A stretch of 64,000 nucleotides of DNA from Chrysomallon squamiferum. Lineage: Eukaryota; Animalia; Mollusca. Shown in pieces: positions 1 through 14,034 of this stretch (position 1 is the first letter of the stretch; every line of letters begins with the position of its first letter). Both the position numbers and the translations under genes were made by a program. The notes below the pieces were generated by a model, which was given only the letters and a program-made list of their open reading frames with translations, ran no database searches and was not told the origin of the DNA. The DNA is taken from NCBI GenBank assembly GCA_012295275.1, contig CM022671.1:10230001-10294000 (forward strand). The letters run 5' to 3'.

Positions 1-1604
1 TAGAATTATACATTTTATATATATATATATATCTGGAAAATTAAGGTCCCATCTATTGACTCTGATGAACATTAAAAAAAAAATAATAATAATAAAAATA
101 AATAAATAAATAAATAATAAAAATAAATAAATAAACAAGGAAATAAAGAAAAGAAAAGAATACAAAAAGGTGGATTTCTCATGGAAAAGAGATGCCACCT
201 GGGTTTCCAGGAGTTAACCATTTTAACTCCAGTTTTCCATGTGTTATCCATATGTCAGTGTTTATGAGTTGAGTGACAATATATTGATAGAGCAGTAATA
301 TTAGAGAAAATAATAATTATGAAACAAGAGGTACTTGGAACCTTTTGTCATATTAATAACCAGATTTTAAACAACAATAAATAGACTTATGTACTGAAAT
401 CAGCTGTATTTTAATATTTCTTTTTAAAAAAAAATATATTAATATTTTCAGTGAAATAATTATTTATTCTTAACAAACATTTTGTGTGAAAAATATTTAT
501 ATAAATAATTTATTTTTTGTTTTCAGTAATCTGCAGCTAGAAAACTGAACTGTGAAAATGACACAAGATTTGAAGGAAGGTAAAACTGCCTCAAGATATG
601 AAGGAAGGTAAAACTGCCTTAGAAGGAAATCACAAAAGTTGACAATGAACTCAGGTTAGTGCCATTAGCTTCAGATACTTTATTTTATTTATTTGTTGTT
701 TTTATGCTAAAATAATCAAATCGAAACTAAATGTGTGTAGATAATCTAACAAAACATCTTAATTCAGACATTGTTATCAAGTCATCAGAAAATCTAAAAA
801 TACCACCTGAATTAGATATTTTTATCAAGGGTTCATGTGTAAATAATTCCCCACAAAACTATATGAATCATATCTGCTGAAACAATCAATCTAAATCAGA
901 CATTGCTACAAAGTTGTAAAATTTATACAAAACCTAGCAAATTGTTACAGTCTAACAAAATAATGAGCTGTAGTTTATAGGTAATTTAACAAAATATGAA
1001 ACAAATACTGAAAATCTAGTCTATAGTTAAAAGAAATAAGAATCTGAACTGTTATTAGATAAGTAGATAGAATGAAAAAACAAACCTCCAAAATATAACA
1101 ATGAACAGCCTGAATCAGATACATTGTAATCCAACATGTAGACAATAAAAACAATAATCAGACACAAAAAGGAAGCAAACAATAATAATAATAGTAATAA
1201 GAGAAAAATATTAACAAAAAATTAATAATCACAAAAATAATTAAAAAAATAAAACCCTCCCAAACAAACATCTGAATCAGATACCATTATACAATGTGTA
1301 GACAAATGACAATGTATATTAAAGAGAGAGAGAAAAAAATGAATTGTAAAATAAAAATAAATAACTAAATAAATCGATAAAGAGAAAAAAAAAAATAAAA
1401 ATAAAAAAAATAAAAACAACAAACCCAAAAATAATATCAGACAACAAAAAAAAAAAAAAAGTAACACAATAGAAAAAACAAACCAGATACCCCAAAAATA
1501 ACAGCTTGCATCGTATAATGTTACCCAATGTGTAAACAATATAAAACCCCACTTACAATCAGATAGTAAAAGCAAGCAAATAACAATAACAACAACAAAA
1601 ATAA

Positions 1605-1635
<31 letters not shown>

Positions 1636-1728
1636 ATGTGTAGACAATAAAAAACAACACACCATGGGAGGAATAAAAAACAACAACAACATAACAACAA
1701 ACAGCCTTAATCAGTATTTAATCCTGTG

Positions 1729-2051
1729 CAGAGGTCTCACTACATATTGAAAGAGGTAGCGGGCTGCCATCCCTTACAGCTTACGACGACTTCACCTGTC
1801 ATTCGTCAGCAACGGCAGCAATATCCGCCACCCGTTTACTTAAGTGTACTTCGTTTTGTATAATAATTTAAACAGACACTTTGATTTTATTTACTAGAGT
1901 TAATGCATTTGATGCAATTATTTATAGTAGTTTTCACAAACAAGTAATTTGAACATTGTAATTTGAACATTTTCTGTACTCTCCCGTCATTTAACTTGCA
2001 CCAGTTATGCCGGCGCCTGCATCTCTTTCATAAATGCTGGGGAGACCACTG
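1729..2051. mobile_element. 323-bp MITE, hAT-like non-autonomous DNA transposon
   Basis: Imperfect ~28-bp TIRs CAGAGGTCTCACTTACATATTGAAAGAG vs (revcomp) CAGTGGTCTCCCCAGCATTTATGAAAGAG; GC/CpG-richer than flanks; interrupts a repeat core; flanks ctgtg/atgtg are a possible 5-bp TSD with one mismatch. Confidence 0.75.
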
Positions 2052-2636
2052 ATGTGAGTAAAGAATAAAAAACACCAAGAACAACAAATACTAAGAGCAG
2101 ATACAAAATATACATATAATATATATAAAATAAACAAACCCAAAAGACATGACAGTCTAAATCAGATACTGTAATCCAATGTGTACACAATAAACAACAA
2201 TCTATACTACAAGCAAATTAACCCCCCAAAAATAAATAAAATAAATAACTACAAATAAAAAACAGAATCACATGCTGTTAACCCAAAATATATCAAAAAC
2301 AGCCAGAATCAGATGTATAATATAATGTGTAGACAATAAAAATCAACAAACTACTAAAACCAAAAGTAAATAAATAAATAAATAAAAATTGACAAAACCA
2401 AAAAGTGTAGACCATAGAAAACAAAACTAGAAAACAAAAAAAAAAAAAAAAAAAAAAAAAAAAACAAAAAAAACAACAGTTGGATACTAGAAGTAAAGAA
2501 ACGAAAACAAACCACACCCTCAAAACAAACAAAACAAAACCAAATTTAAATCAAACTAAAATAAAAAAGAAACCCCCAAAACAACAACCTGAATCACTGT
2601 AATTCAGTGTATAGACAAAAAAAAAAGATACCATAA

Positions 2637-3835
2637 GATAGTTCTCTTTAAACAGAAGAGCTGTTGAAATCATTGCACTAATTTCATTACTCAAGTAAGA
2701 TTAAATATTTCTTCACATTAACTCAGTGTTGATATTAATCCATGCATCAAGCATTTGTTGTTAAGCTTAGTCTTCTAAGCTGACTAAATGGGAAAATAAT
2801 AAATAATAAAACATATATTATTAAAAATAAATTATAAAAATTTAGTCACAGTCATTAAGATTTACAAAAAAAATACAGTATGAAGGAAACAATGCAAATA
2901 TTTAAATCAGACTGAGCTACAGTTTGAAAAAAAAAAAAATCAACTTCCATTGCTTTGAAACTGCTGTTATATTTATATATCATTCAAGAAACTACTCGAA
3001 ATAATACATCAAATATGTATTATTATGATTACAGTTTATCAGATCCTATGACATTCTATCATAATCTCAAAAACAATACTTAATTTTCACTACCAGAAAG
3101 GAGAAATGACAAGCAGGGATATTATAAATTTAAAAATATAAAATAATGACATCAGTAATATTGCACTGCCCGTGATATTATTGATATATTGGTGATGATC
3201 TCAAATTTGACAGACGTGTTAGAGATCAGCTGCTCAATCTCTAACAGACTTGTCCATTAACTAAATCTGTTATAAATTCATTGATTTATTATAGTTAATT
3301 TCTTCTTTCACCTGCTTTGTGACATTTCATTTTTTTTTGGAGTGGATATTTATTTAAAAAATAATGAGTTAAAATAATAAATAAGAATCAAATCAAATTG
3401 CATTTGAAATAACTTCATTTTTGTGAATCATTGACTGTTTCTGCCAATAGCCGAGCATTGTTTCCAATTACTGTAATGTTACACATTTATTCAGACATTT
3501 CTGATTGAATCATTCACATTCTTAAAGTTTTGTTTAACTCATAGTTTAACTCATAGATTTTATGGAAATATAATTAAACCAAGTAATAAAAAAACAATTC
3601 ATTTTTGTTTAAAAGTGACTAAAAGAGAAAAAAATAATGAAATATATATTATTAAGTATAAATAAATTATAAAAATTTACTAGAAGTAAACAAACAAAAA
3701 CAAACTGCACCTTAAAAACAAACAAATTCAAACCAAAATTTAAATAGAAAGTAAATAAAAAGCAAACCCTCAAAAACACATCAGCTTGATTCACTGTAAT
3801 TGAGTTTGTAGACAGTTAAATAATACCAACAAATA
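2637..3835. repeat. Locally duplicated ~1.2 kb non-coding block, copy A
   Basis: Highly similar to 7290-8545 and, in its first ~500 bp, to 6656-7155 (shared GAAATCATTGCACTAATTTCATTA, CACTACCAGAAAGGAGAAATGACAAGCAGGG). Confidence 0.9.
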
Positions 3836-6524
3836 AAAAAAAATAAAAACAAACCCAAAACACAATTGCGTTTGTAGACAGTTAAATAATAGTAAGAAAT
3901 ACTCAAAGCAAATAAAAAATAAAATGACAAAAACAAACCCAAAATACATAACAGCCTGAATAAGATACCCTGAGAAAACACTAACTTAGACATACAAAAA
4001 AACTCCACAAAAAACCCATAAAATTAGCAAATGCCCAAATCACATACTGTTGTGCAATATGCAGCCAATAGAAACAGCTACAGATACTAAAAGGTAGCAA
4101 ATAATAAAACAAACTCAAAATACATAACAGCCTGAATTAGATACTTGATCCAATCTGTAGACAATAAACAACAGCTACCAAAAGCAAATCACACCCAAGA
4201 AGATCAAATTAGTAAAACAATAAATAAATAAATAAATTACAGCCTGAATGACATGCCCAGTGTATAGATAATAAAATATATTAATTTATTCCAATTGGAT
4301 AAAAACAAAAATGACAAAAAAAGATATAAAAATAAAAAAAGAATAATTTTGTTTAAAAACAAAGAAACACAACAAAAATAAATATATAAAAACAATAATA
4401 AAATGAAATATGAGCCCACTAAAATATAACAACAAACAGCCTTAATCAGATAATACAATCCAGTGTGTAGACAATAAAATATACTAAATAAAATAATAAT
4501 TTTTAAAACTCAGGAGAAAGCCTGAATCAGACAATAAAACAAACAGATTTCACAACTAAACAAAAGAAACAAGAAACAAACAAAACCTGGATCCCTAATT
4601 GAGTACTATTGTGCAATATGTAGACAATGAAAAACAGATACAAATAGAAAACAAAACTAAAAAACAAACTCCCACCAATGAAAAGGGAGAAGCCTGAATC
4701 TCATATTGTTAACAATGTGTAGACAATGAAAAAGAACAGATACCAAAATGAAAATATAAAAACAAAATATATAAAGAAAAGAAAACTGAAAAAGAACACA
4801 CCCCAAATATTTAATCAACTGCCTCAATCACATATTAACAATGTGTGGACAATAATTTGTTTTAAATATTACAAGTAAACCAAAAAATAACACAAAAAGG
4901 ACCATTAAAAAATACAACCTGAATCCCTAATTCCATTCTATTTTGCAGTATGTAGTCAATGAAAAAGGAAAACAATGAGATAGTAAAAGAAAGTTAGAAA
5001 AAGAAACAAAAACAAATCAAAAAGTAAAATCTGGGAGTAAAAAACAACATACTATTAGAGAATGAAAAAACCCCACTAAAACTAGAAAAAACCTCCCCAT
5101 ATCCCCCAGAAAAGCATGAATCACATACTGTTATCCAGTGTATAAACAATAAAATTTGTTTAAAAATCATTACTAAAAACAAAAAATTAATAAAAAGGTA
5201 AAAACACACCAAGAAAACTAAAATATAAAAAAGAAAAAGAAAATCCCAAAATGTAATAAAAAGCTTGAATCAGATCCTGTAATCCAGAGTGTGGATGATA
5301 AAATAACAGTCATATACTAAAGCAAATAAAAAAAAATGAAAAAAAAATAGAATACTGAATCAGATACTATTATCAAGTGTGTAGACAATAAGAAACAACA
5401 ATAAGATGATAAATAAATAAATAAAATAAATAGAAAGCAGTTAAAAACAAAATATAGTAATCAAAAAACAAATGCCAAAAACTTAATAGACTGTATCAGA
5501 TACTGTTATACAATGTGTAGGCAATAAAAACAAAAACAAACAAAATAAATATATAAAAAAGGAACACAAAAGTGTAAAAACATAACAGACTGAATCAGAT
5601 ACTGTAAATTAATACAGACTATAAAAAATAAAAATAAAAACAATAAAAGCAAATAAACAGGAAAATAAAAGAAAGGCGAAAATAAATTTATAAAAAGGCA
5701 TATGAAAAAACAAACACAATCGATGCAACTTAACAAACAGCCTGAAATCTTACTGTTAAGATGGTGTAATCAAGTGTGTAGACAATAAAATAAAAAGAGA
5801 ATTGATTATAAAAGTAATATATAAATTAAATATAAAAAAATTTACCCAAAAGACAGAGCAAAGAGCCTGAATCAGATACTGTTATTTAACGTCTGGACAA
5901 TAATAATAATAATAATAATAAAAAACATACTGAAAGCAAGTTAATAAACAAACCACATGATTCAGATACTACAAAACAACCTGAATTTCTTACTGTTATA
6001 ACATAAACTAATATAATCTGCTTAGATCAAATAAGCTATCATGTGTGCACATGTGTATATGAAAACAAACAGAACTGATAAGCCTGAATCAGATACTACA
6101 ATCCAGTGTTTAGACAATAAAAATAAATACTAAAAGCAAATAATAGAAAAAACTCAGAAAAAGTAAATAAATTGAAAACCAAAATGCCTGAATCAGACAA
6201 ACAACTATAGTTTAAATATGTATTACCATAATTACAATTTATCAAACTGATACTAAGACATTATATCGTAATCTCAATATCATAATGTGAACTAAGTAAC
6301 AAAAAAGAAAACAATTCTGTAACATTAATTTTTGTTTACAAACCTCATAATTAAGTTTATTTATCTGGAACATACAGCTTTGGAAATTATAATCAACCGA
6401 ACTATTACATTATTATTGTTGTTGTTATTAATGTTTTTGTTATTTTTGTAGCCATTTTTTAAATTATTATTCAAATGAAACTGTAGTACCTTAAAGTTTG
6501 AAAACAGTATACAGAAATAGAAAA

Positions 6525-8545
6525 TTAAAAATTATAAAACTATGTAACATATATATCTCTCACAGATTAAAATCTAAAATGTAAGAAAAAATAATAAAAA
6601 TAACAACATTAGAAAGCTCATTCAGGATAATAGAAGTTTGAACCCAATTTAACTGATAGTTCTCTTTAATCAAAAGAACTGCTGAAATCATTGCACTAAT
6701 TTCATTATTCAAGTAAGATTAAATATTTCTTCATACTAATCCAGTGTCAATATTAATCCGTGCAACAAGCATTTGTTGTTGAGCTTAGTCTTCTAAACTG
6801 ACTAAGACAAAATAGTAAATAATAAAACACTTATTATTAACAATAAATTATAAAAATTTAGTCCACAGTTATTAAGATTCTCAAAAAAAATACAGTAAGA
6901 AGGAATCAATGCAACTCTTCTAATCAGACTGAGTTACATTTTGAACAAAACGGAAAATCAATTAGCATTGCTTTGAAACTACTGTTATATTTATATATAA
7001 TTCAAGAAACTACTCGAAATAATACATCAAGTATGTATTATTATGATTACAGTTTATCAGATCCTATGACATTCTATCATAATCTCAAAAACAATACTTA
7101 ATTTTCACTACCAGAAAGGAGAAATGACAAGCAGGGATATTATAAATTTAAAATATAAAATATAAAATATAAAACAATGTAACATATATATCTCTCACAT
7201 ATTAAAATCTAAAATGTAAGAAAATATAATAAAAATAACAACATTAGAAAGCTCATTCAGGATAATAGAAGTTTGAACCCGATTTAACTGATAGTTCTTT
7301 AATCAAAAGAACTGCTGAAATCATTGCACTAATTTCATTATTCAAGTAAGATTAAATATTTCTTCATACTAATCCAGTGTCGATATTAATCCGTGCAACA
7401 AGCATTTGTTGTTGAGCTTAGTCTTCTAAACTGACTAAAAGACAAAATTATAAATAATAAAACATATATTATTAAAAATAAATTATAAAAATTTAGTCAC
7501 AGTCATTAAGATTTAAAAAAAAATACAGTAACAATGAACCAATGCAACGTTTCTAATCAGACTGAGTTACATTTTGAACAAAACAGAAAATCAGTTAGCA
7601 TTGCTTTGAAACTACTGTTATATTTATATATAATTCAAGGAACTACTTAAAATTATACATCAAGTAAGTTTTATTATGATTACAGTTTATCAGATCCTAT
7701 GACATTCTATCATAATCTCAAAAACAACACCTAATTTTCACTACCAGAAAGGAGAAATGACAAGCAGGGATATTATAAATTTAAAAATATAAAATAATGA
7801 TATCAGTAATATTGCACTGCCCACGATACTATTGATATATTGGTAATGATATCAAATTTGACAGACGTGTTAGAGATCAGCTGCTCAATCTCTAACAGAC
7901 TTGTCCATTAACTAAATCTGTTATAAATTCATTGATTTCTTATAGTTAATTTCTTCTTTCACCTGCTTTGTGACATTTCCTTTTTTTTTTTGGTGTGGAT
8001 ATTTATTTTTAAAATTATGAGATAAAATAATAAATAAGAATCAAATCAAACTGCATTTAAAATAACTTCGTTTTTGTGAATCATTCATTGTTTTTGCCAA
8101 TAGCTGAGCATTTTTTCCGATTGCTGTTACACATTTATTCAGACATTTCTGATTAAATTATTCAGATTTTTAAAAGTTTATTTAATTCATAGTTAATTAG
8201 TCTTTTCAGATTTTTTGGAAATGAAATTAAACTAAGTAATAGAAAAACAATTCTTTTTTGTTTAAAAGCAACTAAAAGAGAAAATAATAAATAATGAAAT
8301 ATATATTATTCAGAATAAATAAATTATAAAAATGTAGCCATAGTCATTAAGATTTAAAAACTAAATTAGAAAAAAAAAAGATAATTAAAGAATTTTTTAC
8401 TAGAAGTAAACAAAAACAAGGCATACCCTAAAAACAAACAAATCCAAACCGAAATTTAAATAGAAAGTAAATAAAAAGCACACCCTCAAAAACATATCAG
8501 CTTGATTCACTGTAATTGAGTTTGTAGACAGCTAATAATAACAGA
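6525..8545. repeat. Tandem ~635-bp duplication plus extended copy of block 2637-3835
   Basis: AACATATATATCTCTCACA at ~6546 and ~7181; colinear sequence follows both. Confidence 0.9.
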
Positions 8546-8938
8546 TACTAAAAGCAAATAAAATAAAAACAAACACAAAACACAATGGGAGGTAAAAAAA
8601 AAAAAAAACAATCGCTGCCCCACCAAAAGAAAAATGTTAAATTTTTGTTGTTTAAATTAAAATAATAATAACCTGAATCAGATATTGTTATGCAATGTGT
8701 AGACAATAAAAAATAGCATATTATTTGTACTATTGGGGTGGGTGGAAATGATGCAACTTAAGAAACAGCCTGAAATCTTACTGTAAAGATGGTTTAATCA
8801 AGTGTGTAGGCAATAAAATAAAAAAGAATAGATTATAAAAATAATAAATAAATAAATAAATTAAAATTAAAATTAAAAAACTAACCCAAAATACAGAGCA
8901 AAGAGCCTGAATCAGATACTGTTTTTTAATGTCTGGAC

Positions 8939-8987
<49 letters not shown>

Positions 8988-11900
8988 CATACTGAAAGCA
9001 AGTTAATAAACAAACCACATGATTCAATTACTACAAAACAACCTGAATGTCTTACTGTTATAACATGAACTAATATAATCTGCTTAGATCAAATAAGCTA
9101 TCATGTGTGCACATGTGTATATGAAAACAAACAGAACTGAATACTATAATCTAACAAAACAGTGCCATACTGTTATCAGCAGTGTTGATTTCTAAGAAAA
9201 TAACCCAAAGTAGACACTATTATTCAGAGTACAGATAATTTATCAAAACAACTTAAATCAGATACAGCCATCATGTGTTCACATAAACTAATGAAATAAC
9301 CTAAATGAGATAACATTAAATCATCTGATGATAATCTAATAAAACAATGTAGACATAATCTAACAAAATATCAACCTATGTGCATTGATAATGGTGTCAA
9401 ACTTGTTGATAATCCAACAAAACAAATAAGATCCTGTTGTCGAGTTGAAGATAATCTGACAATAGTCTGAATCTGATTCTGTTATGTTGTGTGGTGATAA
9501 TCCAACAAAATAATCACCAGCTACATCTAGAGTGGAATGTCAGAAAAATCACCTAAACTAGGTACTGCTATACAGTTAGAAGAAATCAATGAAAGCAACC
9601 TATATCACACATTTAAAACGTATTATATTTACACATAATCTAAGCAACACCAGTTTAAATCAAACATTGCTGTGAAGTATATAGACACGATTATCTAATG
9701 TTGATAATTGTCTAATAACAAATTTAAAAAAATAATAATAATAATGATAAAAATAATAAATCCTGCCTAAAAACATAACAACAAAAAGCCTGACTCAGAT
9801 CAAAAACAAAAACTGCAACAATAAGATACTAAAACCAAACCGAAGAAAAAAAACAAAAACAATGATAATAATAATAAAACAAAATAAAATCAAATCAACA
9901 AAATATTAACAACAAAAAACACCTCAACAAAAATAAATAATAAATAATAACAGCCTGAATCAGAAACTTTAATTCATTGTGTAGACAATAAAACAAAACT
10001 ACAAAACAAACAAAAAAGATAATATAAAGATAAACGACAGTAAGTTACTACAAGTAAACAAACAAAAACAAACAAAAATAAATAAACCCAAATAAGATTC
10101 AGACCTAATGACATACTGTAATCCAGGGTGGAGACAAAAAAAAATCAAAATCAAAATATATAAAACAAACCCCCAAAAATGTAACAAATAGCCTGAATTA
10201 GATATTGTAGTACAGTGTGTAGAGAATAATAATAATAATAAAAAAAAAAAAAAAAACAGATGCAAAAAACAAATAATTAAAACAAAAACCAAAAAATAAA
10301 ATAAAAATCGGTAAAAAAATAAAAACCAAAAAAGCTAGGATCAGATATGTGATCCAGTATCTAAACAAAAAAGAAACACAAAAAAACCCCAACAAACAAT
10401 AGATACCAAAAGAAAACAAAAATATAAACAATAAAACAAAAAGTCTGAAGCAGATACTGTTATTCACTGTGTAACCAATTAAAAAAACAACATACTGAAA
10501 GCAAGTAAATAAACAAACAACAAAACAAACAGACTGATTCAGATACTACAAAACAAGCTGAATGACTTACTGTTATAACATGAAATAATATAATCCACTT
10601 AAACCAAATAATTTATTATGTCTGTAGATAATCCAAGACAATGATCTGATTCAGATATAGTTATCTTTAAAAAAACACCAACATGAATTGGATACTTTTA
10701 TCATGTGTTTAGATAATCCAACAAAAGACCTGTTACGCACTGTTTAGATGAAAGCAATCAAACTGAATTGGATAATGTTATTATCTTAATAATCCAACAC
10801 AACAGTGCCATACTGTTATCAGTAGTGTAGTTTTCTAAGAAAATAACCTAACAAATCCAAACAAATCAGCTATCATGTGTACACTTAAATCAAATAGAGC
10901 TATCATGTGTGCACATAACCTAATGAGATAGTGTTATCTAGTCTGTAGATAATCTAATGAAACAATGTGCACATAATCTAACAAAACATCAAACTAAAAA
11001 AATGTGCAATAAATAAAAAAGCTAATCAAAACAATAACAAAAAAAAGAAAACCAAACCAAAAACAGACATAGAAAAAAAGAGACAAAAAATCATCAAAAA
11101 AATAAACTTCAAAAGTCTGAATTGATTATTGTAATCCAATATGTAGACAGTGATAAACAACAATAAGTTACTGTTATCTAATGTAGATAATAAATAACAT
11201 AAGTAAACAAAAACAATTAAAAAAATAAAAAAATCACAAAAGCCTGAAACAGTTAGTTATCTAACGTGTAGACAATAAAATAATAATAATAAAAAAAACA
11301 GATACTAAGAGAAAATTAAATAAATAAAAAATATAATAACAAAAAGCTTTAATCAGATATTGTAATCAAGTGTGCAGATAAAAAAAACCCAGATATTATA
11401 GGCAAAGTGAAACAACAACAAAAATAAATATATAAAACTAATAATAAAAAACATTTAAAATAATAAACCCACTTAAAATATATGAATCAGATGCTACAAT
11501 CCAGTGTGTAGACATGTACTAACTGCAAATAATAAAAAAAAATCATAAACAAATCCAAATAAATATCACACCAAAGAAATAACCTTAATCAGACAACCAG
11601 ATATTACAAGTTTAAAAAACAACAAAAAATGAATCCCTAATTCCATACTATTATGCAGTATGTCAACAATTAAAAAGATACTAAAAGAAACTAAGAAAGA
11701 AAAAAATAGCCTGAATCAGATACCATAATTCAGTGTGTAGACAATTAAAAAAAAACAGATACTAAGAGAAAAAGTTAAAGTAAAAAGCAAACTATCCCAC
11801 TAAAAGGGGAAAAAAATTAAATATATTAATAAATGCAATAAAATAAAATGATACACATATTGTTACCAGGTGTAAACAATAAAAAAGAACCCCAGATATT

Positions 11901-12086
11901 ACAAGTAAACCAAAAAATAACACAAAAAATCAACTGACCACCCCAAAACTACAACCTTCATCCCGAATTCCATACTATTTTGCAATATGTAGACAATGAA
12001 AAAGAGTGATCAGATATAAAAAGAAACAAAAAGAAAACAAAACAAAAGCAACAGCTTGAATCAGATACCATATTCCAGTGTGTAGA

Positions 12087-12448
12087 CAGTGTCTTCCCAT
12101 CTGGTAGAATTCCCTGTTCACATAATTACCATTTCGTAGAACAAACTCATCTACCGCAATACCTGATTACCTCTGTATATAATGAACTTGGCATGTACAT
12201 ACATCTGGTTTCTTTCTAACATTCAGAGGCGGAGCGCATTGTTCCTAAATCAGTTATGTAACATCAAAGGAAAGCAGAATAAGCATTCACTTTTGTTGTA
12301 GATTTTTTCCTTTTTCATTATTATCATCATCATCTTCTTCCTTCTCATTATCATCATCATAATCATCATCATCAACATTATTATTATTATAATATTATTT
12401 CTATTATTGTTGTTGTTATTAGTATTCATATTCTTCTTATTCTTATTC

Positions 12449-12513
<65 letters not shown>

Positions 12514-13951
12514 TATTATTATTTATTTATTTATTGATTTACTGATTTATTTATTTATCAGATAAATGTAACAGCTTAAAGTAAATGTAGTTATTGTGGT
12601 GAAAGAGAAAAAACTTAAACAGGACATAGTCATATTTACTGTTTCTGTTTGGTACGCGGGAAAATAATTACTTGAAAACTGTTCCCATCTAAATTATTAA
12701 ATAGAAAGGAAAAAAATAAAACCTTTATCAGAATTAATATTTTCCCACGATTTGTAGAGGAGGGAGGGTATTTTATCATATTTTTGTTCTGCAATAAAAT
12801 TATTTCAGTATACACAAATTCCAAAACTGGAGAATGAATTAATTGTCAAAAATAATAAGAAAATATTTTTAATAGTGTGAGGGAAACAATTTTAAAATGA
12901 TATTCATACCTTCTGTGTTTTCTTTGCCCATCTGAAAAGCTTTGAAATAATTAAAACATCTGGCTAAATAAGGTCTAGTATATAGAGTCTACAAAAAAGT
13001 AGTAATAAATAAATAAATAAATAAATGTAGTGTATTTGAACTGTTATAAATATAATTATTTTATAATGCAGTACAGAGAAAAAAAAATATATAATAATTA
13101 TAATGACGTTAGACAAAAACTTTAAAAATGCATTCTGTTAATGATAAACATAGTAAAATATCAAAAAACAATGGAAAAATTAATAACTAATATTTTTTAA
13201 GATTTCAGATATGGTTAATACTTTTTTTTTTTCTTCTAAAAAAAAAAAAAAAAAAAAAAAATGCTATCTATGGGGAATCAGTCTTTTGGGGATTAGGGTG
13301 CCAACACTAAATAGAGTTGTTCCCCTTAGACCGTTGATGGTGGTGACAATTTTGTTTTGTTGTTTTGGGGTTTTTTTGTACATTTTATTATTGTTTTTTA
13401 GTATTATTTTTTTTTTTATGGTGTAACTTGGCGTCATAACATATTAAATTAAAACACAATAATTTCCTGAGACTGCAATATATTTAAGAATATTTAAGAA
13501 CTGGATACACAATAGTAAACGTTGACAATCAAAAACATATATAAAGGTTTATTTATTTATATGGAAATGAGATAATGTGCTCCAATCAATCAGGTGCGTT
13601 AGGCAGTGGAATAATGGTTTGTTTTCTTCTTAAAATGTGTGACTATATTATATTCTTTAGTTTTTTTAATTTTTATTTTTTATTTTTTTAATTATTATTA
13701 TTTTTGTTTAATTATTTCTTTCCTTAGTTATCACAAATTATCTATTATTATCAGTTATTATTATTATTATTATTATTATTTACAAATTTTTGATAATACT
13801 CTATTATTTAAATACACTTCCAAAAGAATAATACCTCAGCAGTTGTCAATACTCTATAAATTACAACTATTTTTTTTTCTTCTAATAACACCTTTATAAA
13901 ATTAAGTTTTATTTATTTACTTTATTTATTTGTTTCTTTATTGATCTATTA

Positions 13952-14034
<83 letters not shown>

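Larger units (their letters stand above)
720..12086 (+). repeat. Degenerate repeat array: core CCTGAATCAGATACTGTAATCCAGTGTGTAGACAATAAAA with variable A-rich spacers, interrupted by other blocks
   Basis: Dozens of same-orientation core copies (e.g. 1109, 1272, 5265, 11710, 12054); compact ~48-bp units at ~740-1070, ~9130-9720, ~10590-11000. Confidence 0.9.

Noticed and set aside
720-12086. CRISPR array
   Set aside because: Eukaryotic intron-containing context, degenerate repeats, low-complexity spacers of irregular length, no cas genes
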